64,000 nt of DNA, taken from NCBI RefSeq assembly GCF_022539665.2, contig NC_081333.1:3286001-3350000 (forward strand), written 5' to 3'. The notes beneath the pieces were generated by a model. The model had not been told where the DNA came from. It ran no database searches and worked only from the letters and a program-made list of their open reading frames with translations. This stretch comes from Daphnia carinata (taxonomy: Eukaryota). A program made the position numbers and the translations under genes. Below, piece after piece: positions 26,901-38,468 of the stretch (position 1 is the stretch's first letter; every line of letters starts with the position of its first letter).

Positions 26901-28946
26901 ACGACAAGTTCCAGAAGGAAATGACCATCGCTCTTGCCGAAAAGGAAAACCAATTCCAACAGCAGGTTACTATTACGATTATGCAAATTCCTTAAAAATG
27001 GCTGAAGGCGGGAATTTTGAAAATTCCGGTTTTGGGGAAGCAAAAAAGAAACAGAAATGAATGTCTTATTGTTTTCGATCAATCCTTTTAGTTGGAAACG
27101 AAAGAAGCGGCCTGGACAGCCGAATGGACTGCCCGTCTCGTGGACGAGCGCGCCGAGTTGGAGCGTCAGCTGGCGGAAGAGAGGGCGGCTCGAGCGGAGG
27201 CGGCAGAGGCGGCCGCGTCCTCATTGGCCGAGGAGCGAAAGTCGTGGCAGCAAAAGATCGATGCCCTCCTAGAGAAAACGAGGGGCCTGCTGGCCGAGAA
27301 AGAGCGGCTCGAGAAGAACTTCCGACAGGAAGTCGAAGTCCAAGTTCAGGTAGTCAGCCATTTGAAGCTTTCGAATTATTTCTTATCAATTTAAACTTTT
27401 TCCGAAGCTCAGTCAAGAATCCCCATTTTCTTTTTACACACACGTGACATAAAATTTTTGTGAGATAAATCCAAATTGATAAGAGCAGTTTCGGTCGGAT
27501 TGCTCAGTCGACGAGTCGCGCTAATCATTTGCGTGTTACGTTCTGTTTTGTTTGATTCAATTCAATGATGCAGGCCACAGTGTGCGAATATAACGAACTG
27601 CAAAAAGAAACGACGTCGCTACAAGCCGTCCTCGATCTTCGATGCGAAGAGGTCCGCAATTTGCGTAGCGAATTAGAAAAGGTAAAAAAAAAAAAACAGA
27701 GCCGAACATGTTAACAAATGTAGCCGTGAATAAAAACAATCGATATGTACGTAACGAATAACGCGTGTCGTGCAGACGAACAATGTCGCCAAAGAGGTGC
27801 CTTATCTCCGCGAGCGCGTCACCACACTCGGCAATATGGTGGAAGGCCTCAAAGCTCAGCTGGAACAGAAAAACCAAGAAGAAAGGTAACGCTATCAAAG
27901 TGAAATTTGATTGAGGATTTTTGAAAAAAAAAAAAAAATGTTTAAATTTAAAAAAAAATGGAAATAGACGATTGCAATCGGAAGTGAAGAGATTGGAGGC
28001 GAGCTATAAAGAGGAGGCAACTTTGGTCCAGCGGCTCTCCATGTACAACGAACAGCTTCGTTACAAGCTGCAGTCGTTGCCCAGGCGCCCGTCACCTACC
28101 CACTCACTAAACGGTACGATAGAAACCAGCCATTTTTTTTTTTTTTTTTTAATGTAATAATAAAAATGAAAAAAAAAAAAAAAAATAATAATAATAGAGG
28201 TTTCGGTCTAATTCATTTTGTGTGGTTCTTTTATTTATTTTTTTTTTTTAATGACTCGGTTTTACTAGACTGCGATCGAACGAGTCCAACTAAAAGCCAC
28301 AATCAGTCGTCGCCGTTCTCTTCGACGCCATCCGAAACGCCCAGACTCAGTCGAAGGGGCCTGCCCTCGCCCACTTTAAGGTATTTAATAAGATTTTTTT
28401 TTTATCATCGCCATTTTCATTTGTCTTCCAGAAACCCGTGAATAATTACGATTTTTTTTTTTGTGAATAAATAATAGCCCCATTATATCGGAAAACGGGT
28501 CGGGCGAGAACAACAACAACAGCATTGCCAGTTTAACGCCGGATGGTGGCGGAACAGGTCAGATTAAAAGGCGCCGTGACGCCGTCGTCAGTAGCGGGAA
28601 CGGCCACGGCCGGCGCGCGTCCGTCCAGAGCGACGTGGACGACGTTTTCGGTGCCAACACGTCAACGGAAATGGCGTCTGAATTGTCGGAAGCGGCCGCC
28701 GAGGCCGGAGGTGACGCCGAGCTGCCGACCGTTCGTGATTTCACCAAGAAACACGACTCGGTCTCCTACGTCCTCGACTTGGGTGGCGAAAATTCGCCTT
28801 CCGGCTCGGCTGGAATGCTGCCGTTAAGCGCCACCTATCACCTCGTGCCGCCCAGCTCGCCCTGGATGAGCCGCCGTAATAGCGGATTGGTCCGTTCAGC
28901 CAGTCTGCGCTACCCCCCGAATCGGCCCTTCAACGCCCATAATTGA
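19155..28946 (+). CDS. MTUS1/MTUS2/CCDC69 (toucan-like) microtubule-associated coiled-coil protein, long isoform
   Basis: Exon 1 (19155-19725) is basic and Ser/Thr-rich. Exons from 26691 encode coiled coil with LQKETTSLQAVLDLRCEEVRNLR, VEGLKAQLEQK and RLSMYNEQLRYKL, matching the MTUS-family signature (E..SL..VLE.., RLSMENEEL.WKL). Splice phases are consistent through to the stop at 28946. Confidence 0.75.
21211..21244 (+). promoter_or_regulatory. Internal Inr + DPE core promoter in intron 1 of the MTUS-like gene
   Basis: TCAGTC at 21211-21216 (A+1 = 21213), GGTCA exactly at +28 (21240-21244), an MTE-like CGAGC between them, and a GA-repeat tract at ~21041-21065 upstream. Confidence 0.65.
21387..21525 (+). 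CDS. Alternative first coding exon (46 codons + 1 nt) of the MTUS-like gene
   Basis: ATG in a caacATG context; ends AAG|GTAAAA in phase 1, the same phase as exon 1 (19725) and the shared acceptor at 26691. Confidence 0.6.
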
Positions 28947-31468
28947 ACTTTGTTTTCTTCCCTTTTTTTTTTTTTTTTTCGATGCAAACATCGAGAAGAA
29001 AACGAAAATCACTGCCGTAAAATTCATTTAAAGAAATCCGCTTTGTTCGATTGCGTTTTGATGGATAGTATTATGGGAGAAGAACTACGGCCATTCGTGT
29101 GCAGAGGGGAATATTTTTTTTTTTTTTTTTATTTAATGCAAAACATTCCGTGGAAAATAGAAAAGAGAGAGAGATAGAGATAAGTTTTAACAAAGGAAAA
29201 CAAAAAAAAAAAAATGATTTCAATCAGGAAGGTGCCAAAAAGTACGTTCAAAACGATCCATCACACTTGTGTTTTAACATGCAAATTTTTCAAAGGGGTT
29301 GTGCCGTGTGCGTTTGGCACAACTAGAAAAAAAAGGGATAGTTTGAGAAAATCGTGGAAACAAAACACAATGGCAACACAAAAAAAAAATTTGATAGTAG
29401 CTGATTTCACGATGGACACCACGTCATTTTATTTTTATTGTTATTATTTTTTACATTCATGATTCAATCACACATCACTGACGCAATAATCATCGATCGA
29501 ATTTAATTCAATATAGACATATACATTTTTTTTTAGGGATTTCTTTTTATATGAAAACGTGTGTAGAAATAAAATGTACGAAATTTTTTGTGTGCATTCT
29601 GTTTTTGTTTTGTTTTTTAATATGCAAATGAGACGGAGAGGGAAAGAGATAGAGTGCCATTATTTTATTAAGGAATGTTTGTGTTGTTTTTTTTTAATCA
29701 CGGACGTCTTCTTTTCATTATATTCACATACACACGAAACAGTTGTAGTCCGTCCAATTTTATCTTTTCTTAATTTTTTTTTTTTTTTTTACGTTGTGTT
29801 GTTATTTTTGTCTTTGCTTACATCCTTTTTCTGTTATTCAAATCACATACACACACACACACACACACATATACAGTATATATATATACAAAAATCCCCC
29901 GGTGACATATTTTGTTTGGTTATCGTCTCGTCATTTTCGGAGTTTATTATTTTTTATTTTTCGTTAGAAAATTCTGGGTGGGATAAATCTGAAAAAAAAA
30001 AAAAGAAAAGAAAAATGGTGAAATTTTAGTCTGTCACTGTCTGCGGTAATATCAACAATTCTATATATTATATATATATATATAAATTTATGTATGTAAA
30101 CAATACACGAATGTATTTGGTCAAAGAAAACGGATATGGTTGTTTGTCTTTTTTTCGTTTGTAGAATATTCCGCCAATTTCTTATTTTTTTTTTCTAACA
30201 ACAAATGAAAAAATGCCGAGTCAAATGGCAGACGACTCTCGCCAGCTTCGAGCCCGTATTTGGCAGTCCCCCTCTGGCGGAACGAACCGCTGACAGCGGA
30301 GCCCCGTATTGACTGAAACGCCAGTCTGAAATCGGTTAAGGACCCAAAGTCCTCCTAACGGAACTCAAATCACAGAAACTATTCAGTGAGCTGTAAAGGT
30401 CTTTGTATATCGAGCATTTTAACTACACGCTATGCTAGTCTTGTTCGTAAATCATTGCATTCAGAAGCAATGGAAGTGTAGCAGAAACGCTATCGGTACT
30501 GAAGCGGTATAATAGTATAAACGTCTCTGGGTGAATAAGCATAAGTATGATTCTTCTAGGTCAATGGGGAAATGACGAGTTGATGAATTCATTCTTGTGA
30601 ATGAAGTCTGCGTCACCAATGTTACGACTTGGCAGACCATACACTACTGATCCCCGTTGTTTTTTATCAAATCATTAATTTAAAGTTGTAAATATCCGAA
30701 GGCAAGAGTCTTACGTGTTACAAAAGGTAAATATCCGGAGTTTCACGGACGTGAAAAATATTCCTAACTATTTTGATTGGATCAAATCTAATTGTTTACA
30801 TGACTCGACTAGAAAAATGGAAGACATTCGCTGGCCGTGATTTACGTGCTGTTGTGTACGCCGCATAACAAAACAAACTTGAGAAAGAAACGGGGGGTTA
30901 ACGGTGGTATAGAGGAATGATGGACAAATATTTGTCAGACATTTCGTTGGTTGGCCCACGTTGCACGACAGTTAGTAATTGATTTCATAGAAAAAGCGGA
31001 AGTCGACGAGGAAAAAGAAAAAACTCAGCGTACATCTTTGTCATATGTCAACAAATAAGGGAAGTAAATAAAAATATAAAGCTTTTAAAGGAAAAAAATT
31101 GTTTTCTTCGGTCGGGAAAAAATTACGCTTACGTAGCCCGTTCATTGTGCGACGTAAAAGGTAGGGGAACACAAAAATGAATAGAGAAATATTACGATAA
31201 CCCATAGAAGAAAAAGTATTTGACCATTCCAAAGTGTTCCCTCGTCAAGTCCGTTCTTGTCGGTGCCCTCCCGCGGTGCGCAACGCGGCTCTTTTTTTTT
31301 TTTTGCCCGTTTAGCCCGACGGGTTGTCGAGACGAAGACGACGTCATAACGCGAAAGACACGCATGACGAAAGGAAAACACATTTGAGTACCGTAATAAG
31401 AGAACATTCTTTTTCATCTCGTCTAATACAAAAAAAAAAAAAGAAAGAGGACCTTTTGTTTAAAGACG

Positions 31469-31777
31469 TTAAACGGGAAACATCTGACGCCATATTTTTT
31501 TTTTTTTGTTTCGTTCAAACGAAATTCCGCGTAAAAACCCTTCAATTTTTTTGTGTGGGTGGGGGGGGGGGAGTGATTTCATTAAAAAAAAAATGATTAC
31601 AATAAATTGTGAGAAATTTAACAGGAAAACTGCTGTTGCTCCAATCAAGCCATCAGCTTCATCAACAAGCTCTTTGATGGATAGGGTCTGCACTTGTAAG
31701 TCGTGACGAGCAACGACGACCAGCTGGCCGTGCAGTAGCAAGCCAAACAGCAATAATAACAAAACAGGCCCAGTCAT
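31469..31777 (-). CDS. Possible small secreted or membrane peptide gene (orphan); 3' extent uncertain
   Basis: ATG lies 3 nt after a good acceptor (tttttctctgctcaaaacag|gatATG) and gives a signal-like MTGPVLLLLLFGLLLHGQLVVVA. A TATA-like CTATAT (~32215) and Inr TCAGTC (~32180) lie upstream. No recognisable family. Confidence 0.3.
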   Translation of the reverse strand: MTGPVLLLLLFGLLLHGQLVVVARHDLQVQTLSIKELVDEADGLIGATAVFLLNFSQFIVIIFFLMKSLPPPHPHKKIEGFLRGISFERNKKKKIWRQMFPV

Positions 31778-34647
31778 ATCCTGTTTTGAGCAGAGAAAAA
31801 GGCAATCCTTAAAAACTAACCGGAGAAGAAAAAAAATGTTGAATTTCTCTTCTTCTTTTGGATAAACTAACGTTACGCTTTCTTTCTCAAACGGCTCGCG
31901 TCTTTTGTTGTACGACACGAACGTAATAATAACGAGCTACTGTTGACTCTCGTGTCTTTTGTCATTTTTTTTTTTTCTGGCCAACTGAAGAGATGATTGA
32001 AATGACGTCGCACAACGTTCGCTTCTCGGCTTGCGAAAATGTGCATAAAAATTGTGAATTGTACGATGTGCCTGAGTGCTAGAACGCATTCAGAGCGTGA
32101 AACAAGGTTTCGCCTTTTGCTAATGTGCTTCGCACCGAATGATCGTAGACGAGTCAGCGAACTGCAGCCGCTCAGGGACTGACGACCGCATCGTGAATCA
32201 CAAACGACGTGAATATAGACGACCGCGTGAACCTTCTTTTTTGGCGACGACGGTTCAATACACTCACGACAATTATTTTCTTTGCAAAGGAAAAAAAACG
32301 TTTCAAATCGCAATCAAACAAATGGAAACGATCAATGGACTTTCACTTCCATTTGGCAAATCCTGAAACTCCATTGAATTTAAATACAAAGCCATTTGTT
32401 TTGTGTTTGCCCAGCAGCGGTGCGATTGTATAAATATTTGCATCGGAAAGCGACTTGAAATTAGCGACCCGTGTTTTTTTTTTTTTGTTTTGTTTGTTAG
32501 TTTCTCTTGACGGCTGTAAATTCCATCCGTAAGAGCATCAGGCCTCTCTGTTGCGCATAATCATAATCATTTAGTTTTTCTATTACAGCCGGGCTCTTGT
32601 CGGCGCATTTTTTTTATTCGACGTTTTCTACGAAGCACAAAGTCTCCTTTTCCGACGCTCGTTTACATTTCCCGTGAACCAGTTTTTTGCGAAATGCGTT
32701 TGAACAATTGAAAAAAAAAATCCCTTTCTTTTTTCTTTTTAAATACTTGCATATATAATTACAATGTTCGCGAAAAAATCCTCATTTTTTTATGACTTTC
32801 CAACTTTACATATTTAATTGGCTATAGGGTTTTCATGCAAATATAGCAACGGAGAGAAGTCACGAAACTACTACTGCCGCGCATCCCGTGATTTATTTAT
32901 GATGAGGACTCATATAGCGACGCCGGATTGTTTACTATCATCGTCTAAAAAAAAAATATAAAATTGTTTGGGGTTCTATTTAAAAACAACCACGTCATGT
33001 CAACCAACACGAACAACGGTCCGCTAGATTGATGATATACCTTTACGCAAAGGAATTACGGAATAGCTTTACACACTCTCTCGTGTATTTGAGTATTTAC
33101 AAGAAAACAGAGGGCAAAACCCTTTGCGTGACGAAGACTCCTTTGCTTTTGAGTGGCAGTTAACTTTCTGTTCTTACCTTTTGCCCTTTGTACGATTGCA
33201 ATTTATGATTTTTTTCAAAGCCATTTTTTGATTTGTTATCGCAACACGCGTAATAGAGTACGAAAGATCGGTTTTCATCCTTTAAAAAACGATTCATTGT
33301 TTATCTAAATATCTTTCACGAATCGCGGTCGAGGTAAAGAACGTAGAGCTGATGGGTAAGAAGTCACGATAGCAGCTCCCGCTCAATGACGTAGCGGATC
33401 GTGAGTAACGTTGTATATACGGAGAGTGATGGGTGAAAAAAAAAAAAGAACGTAGTCCTCATTCCGTCTGCACGCCATCTGTGCCTTATTCACGCAGAGC
33501 AGACGGACGGAGAGAGAGAGAAGCGGGACAACGATGTTTTGCATTGAATGGATTACACGCCGTCTATATACATTGCTACTGGCGAAACAAATTTTCTTGC
33601 AGCCATAAAATTGGATGAAATATGGATCTGGCAATCAAAAGAACATATAGTCCCCCCTTTCAGAAAACGATATGAATTTCCATGTAGAAGAACTAGACTG
33701 TCCTAGTTGGCCGGCTATGCTGGAACTCGTTTTAAAAAAACCGAATATTGACACACTTTTTGGCTGCTGAGCAAAATGCCCTTATAAAATATTTCGTGAA
33801 AGAATGACTTGCGGGAAAATGAGAAACAGCGGCTTCCTTTATGAATGTCATTTAACCCGTCATCAAAATTGATTTCATCCCGACGATCCGGTTGGTGCGT
33901 TTCCATCTTTTTATTGGATTGTTTCTCAATAACGAACTCTCTCTTTCACCCAACGAATCGCTGCGTTCATATAAAGAGAAAGGCGTGACATCGGCTAATG
34001 TCAACTAATAGCATCAGGGAGAAAGTGAACTCGCGATTTATTATTCAAAAAACTAAGACGCACTAATCACGTTTATATGCATACACAAAGATGCCGACTA
34101 GCAAATTCAGATGATTTCTTTTAAATGCGTCTATTGCGTTTCGCAAGTCACGTTAAAACGCACTTCGTTCTACAGCAATAAATGAAAAGTATGTCGCCAC
34201 AACATTTCGTCGTCCCCCATCACCCCCTATCTCTAATTCTTTCACCACCATTTTTTTTTTTTGGAGAAAAAAGCGCTGGAACATTCGATCATCGTCATCA
34301 GACATTTTTGCAGCTCAACTGAAATAATAACTTTCTCACAGCCGTTCCCCCCCCCCCCTCAGAGTTTAGATTGACATGATCACCTCCAAGCAGCTCATTA
34401 TCAGTCATCCCAATCTCCCGTCGAGTTTTTTTGCTGCTCATCACACAGAAATGCAGTTCAACGAAACGCGCCACAAGTCGAGAAAACGAACGGTTTTGCA
34501 AATTGGCTTTCCCTTTCACTGCCAGCCCCATAATTATTTAACATAAAATCTCAACTTACAAGAATGTAAATGAATCGAGAGAAAATGTTGGGTAACAGAT
34601 GGAAACACAAGACTCAACATGTTAATATGGAAGGATGTTATTACATA

Positions 34648-34798
34648 TACAGTATTTCTCGGTAGGGATTCTGTCTTATATGAGATGATACAGGACACTA
34701 CCGACGCCGTTTTTACGATAGTTCACTTAATAGATGGCATTAGCTATTATAGGGACTCCGCACAGGTCCTATAATATAAAGAATCCCTACCGGGGAAT
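34648..34798. mobile_element. Small MITE-like inverted-repeat element (~150 bp)
   Basis: Perfect 13-bp inverted repeat cggtagggattct (34660-34672) / agaatccctaccg (34780-34792). The left end reads TA|CAGTATTT (Tc1/mariner-like terminus). Internal hairpin at 34746-34775. Confidence 0.5.
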
Positions 34799-34807
34799 GG
34801 CTTGAAA

Positions 34808-35836
34808 ATAAGCCCGACTTTTCCAGAAAAATTTTATTTTTCAAAAATGTTCAATTTAGCAATGAAACGATATGCTTTAGATTCGAAATCATCTAGAATT
34901 ACAAAAATTGACTTTGTTTTTTTATGACATCAGAAACTTTTGAAAAAAAAAAACTATTACAAAAGTTTGCGCGCCAGTACGGTATAGCGCAGTCATGCTA
35001 CAGCCCACTATTCAATATATTTTTTAAATAACTGCTTTGACGAGCAATGAATAATTTTCCTGAAAAGAGCGTTTAATTTTTAGTGTAACGTGTAATTTAT
35101 ATAAAAATTACAAGTAATTCGTCAAAATGTTTGACTAGAAACACAAGCCCGACACACAGAGGATCGGGCTTATTTATCCGACCTGTTAGCGGATCCTCTG
35201 TTTTTTACGTTTTTTTCAAAAACCATAAAGCCAATGCAAAAATTAACTTAATTTTCGTGATTTCTATTCAATTTTGAATCGAAATCATGTATTTTAAGTG
35301 AAATTTAAATTTTGGCCAAAAATGAAAAAGTGGGAAGGCTATAGCCTTCTCACTTTTGTCAAAATCGGCCAAAAACGAAATCTCACGGAATTGGATGAAA
35401 ATCGTACCGTATAATCAAAATTTTACGTTGATTTCGATTCTGTGATTGGTTTTGTCGCTAAGCCACCCGTTTTTGAAATAAATGAAAAAAAAAGTTATGT
35501 TACTTGTTAGCGAACCCTCTGTTTTTTACGAATATTTCAAAAACCATAAAGCCAATGCAAATTTTTCACTTAAAATACATGATTTCTATTCAAACTTGAA
35601 TGGAAATCATAAAAAATTTTTTTTTTTTTTTCAATTGGTCTTACAGTTTTTGAAGTATCCGTAAAAATAAACTGTTGTTGGGGCACTAACGGCAGCTATT
35701 TCAGAAAAATCAGATTTCGTGAAAAATAAAAAGCCAATTTTCACGATTCTCATTTATTTTCAAACCTATTTAACATTGCCAAATAGAAGATTTTGGAAAA
35801 ATACAAAATTTGTGGAAAAGTCGGGCTTATACAGTA
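34808..35836. mobile_element. ~1 kb non-autonomous DNA transposon (MITE/foldback-like) with ~55-bp terminal inverted repeats
   Basis: ataagcccgacttttccagaaaaattttatttttcaaaaatgttcaatttagcaatg (from 34808) is the imperfect reverse complement of ~35774-35830. The right end continues ...cttatACAG|TA. No transposase ORF. Internal sequence is shared with 1540-2450. Confidence 0.75.
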
Positions 35837-36045
35837 TATATACATACCGTTATCGAAAAACGGTTCGAACTACAGCATATTTATTAACAGCGCCCACTAC
35901 AACGTACTATAAATATACAAGACGACAATACATTTAGTAATTCATTTCAACTTCCTCCCCTAAGCATCTCTCTCCCATCACAGAAAAATTAAAAGAATTT
36001 TTCGTGTTATGGTTATCTGTCTCGATGAGTCGAGTGGAGAGGGGG

Positions 36046-36340
36046 GGACTCATCAGCGCGGAGACTGATGGGCGAGGCCCGCTTCTATCTCTCGTTTATA
36101 TTTAAACAGCTGCTGGTGCTTATACTTGTTACATTGGGGCGTTCGGGAGAAGAAAGCGTAGATCCTGCGGCCCACACATGACACGAAATGTTTTGAGTTT
36201 GTCGCGTACAGCTGCAACCGCTGTAAGCAGTCGGTAGCGGCGGAAGGATGTGGTTCACGAGGATATAGGCTATCCCCCAACCCATATCTTGAGTATCATC
36301 ACGCTCTTTTGACTCTCATATCCACTCGGCTGATGAATCC
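36046..36340. mobile_element. ~295-bp element bounded by 12-bp inverted repeats (probable high-copy interspersed repeat)
   Basis: ggactcatcagc (36046-36057) versus gctgatgaatcc (36329-36340), 11/12 complementary. The interior is more GC-rich than the flanks and carries only short ORFs. Confidence 0.5.
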
Positions 36341-38229
36341 AAGGCCAGAGACATTCGAATTTTCAATTTCCACTTTCTTTTTTTTTTCAATGATTTTATT
36401 GTGTGATGAAATTAACCTCAATGTTTAATGTAATGGCCATATTTTTTATTATATTACCCGCAGCGAGCGAACCACCGTTATTAACCGACCCATATAGATC
36501 TCCTTATAATTTAATAAACAAATAACTAAACCAGAAAATGTGGGTCCTTTTCTTTAACGCTGTTAATCCAGACGAGGAAATACAAACAATTTTTTTGACA
36601 CATAATTATCACGTTGCACTTAAAGATATTCGCGTTTCCTTAACCAGTTATTCCCCTATAGAATTCTACGGTACATCAAGCACGAAATTGATCGTTTCAC
36701 TAATTTCGTGAAATGTCAGATCCTGAGTGAAAATTCTTACCTTCTTTCCCTAACATTTTTTTTTCTTCTTCCCCGACGTTTGATAGCGTAGAAAGTCAGT
36801 ATAATTTAGAGACCTCATTGGGGCTTATCTTATCTCGATCCGCTCATTAGCCACGGCATGAGACACTTTGTCCTTTTAACCATCCGCGATTTAGGTCGTT
36901 TAGATAATTCCCTTTTTTTATCACGCAAAGCGTCGCTACCGAATCAACCGCCCCATGTTTTAAATGTTTTATACTGCCGTCGGTTTAAAAAAATTTCGTG
37001 AAGACGATAAAGCAATGGCCATTTAAAATCCTGCGTTGAACAACAGCCCCGACAACAACGGAAAGTAGGTGACAGCCGGAAACACCTGTTGGCGGCTGTA
37101 ATGGCAGGGGTCTGCTGGTCGTTTAACGACAACGCAGGCCCCTATTATTAACAAATATAGCGGTTTACATTTGCTTACAGCTATACACCATTAGGGCCAA
37201 GTGCCCTTCGCACTCTGCGTGAATCCCAGAAACGAAGAAAAAAGGGCAATGACGTTATCAAGAGAGAAAAAATAAAACAATTACATTTTCTTGGAGGGGT
37301 TCATTCGAATTATAACGAGACCTTAATAAGCTTACCCACCTAGTTGGAAAAATCAAGGAACCGCATCACGTATGGATGAATATACCCCGAAAAAAAAAAG
37401 CGAAGAAATATAATGAGTTTGCATGGTAAGACAAAGAAAGAGCAACAAACGCATTGCGGACGTTCATAATTGAGGAAACGAAATGATGAACTGTACGGCT
37501 ATATATGCGATTGTACGATGTTGGCAAGACAAACGATGTTGTTATTTTGTGCGCAGAAAGAGAAAGAAAAAAGAGTCGACCTCGAGCTGCGGATATGACG
37601 TCATTATGACCTGCTCCCGATCGCAAAAAAAGGGGCATTACATCAGCAGCACAACGTTGGGCAGATCGTAAAACAAGGGCCCGAATGGTGGACTGTGAAG
37701 ACTTAAAAACATTCCACAGCAAGTTTTTTTCTTTTTCTTTTCACAATATGTTTTATGGGATGTAGCAAATGCCAATTGTTTCGGAAATGGAGCCCTCCCC
37801 TATATGGCTGCGTGAAATGGCCTTCGGGTAAGCGAACGAAAAAGGTCATGACACATCAATTTGTATTGGATTTTTGCAATGTACTCCAAGACCCAACAGG
37901 TCGTGGCTTGTTAGAACACGAAATGGAGTCGTTATTTTTCTTGTTTTTAGATTTGGTCGTATGCGAAATTGAAATTTATGATACCTGAATTTTTCTTTTC
38001 GAAATGCCTTTTCTATTGTTTTTGCCCGCCGTTGGAGTGCACCACTGTCCGGGTATTTTTCATCCGCCGCAAGTACTTTCCCTTTTTTTAAATACCCGTA
38101 AAACTCTTATGCATCATGATTCCGCATCCTCGCTGATTGGATTAACGGGACGAGACGTGATGCATTGGCTTTTGTCCGATTCCCCATAAAAAATCTAAAG
38201 AATAAAAGAACATATCCTGCTTTAAAAAT

Positions 38230-38301
38230 TGGAGTTGAGGGGGATTGAACCCCTGACTTCTCACATGCGAAGCGAGCACTCTACCACTGAGTTACAACCC
38301 C
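38230..38301 (-). tRNA. tRNA-Ala (anticodon CGC)
   Basis: GGGGTTGTAACTCAGTGGTAGAGTGCTCGCTTCGCATGTGAGAAGTCAGGGGTTCAATCCCCCTCAACTCCA folds into a cloverleaf, with the G3:U70 alanine identity pair, anticodon loop TT-CGC-AT, A and B boxes, and a T5 Pol III terminator immediately downstream. Confidence 0.97.
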
Positions 38302-38468
38302 GTGCTGATGACGTTCCAGACGTACAGCCAATACAATTTGGATAATAATAAATCTACGTCGTGATTTGTTTCTAAATTTCAGTGTATTGATTAACATGGT
38401 AAAGTTATTTTAAGGTCCATCGAGACAAACACATCAGAAAGATATTAGGTTACATGAAGGTCGATCTT

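Noticed and set aside
36330..36365. CTGATGA followed by a palindrome (attcgaat), resembling a minimal Penelope-type hammerhead ribozyme
   Set aside because: The GAAA core reads GAGA, stem II pairs poorly and no stem I partner is present; the motif is adequately explained as the element's inverted repeat.
37755..37988. QDPTG in a short ORF, reminiscent of tarsal-less/mille-pattes LDPTGxY peptides
   Set aside because: The motif is incomplete (no Leu, no terminal Tyr-stop) and is not repeated.
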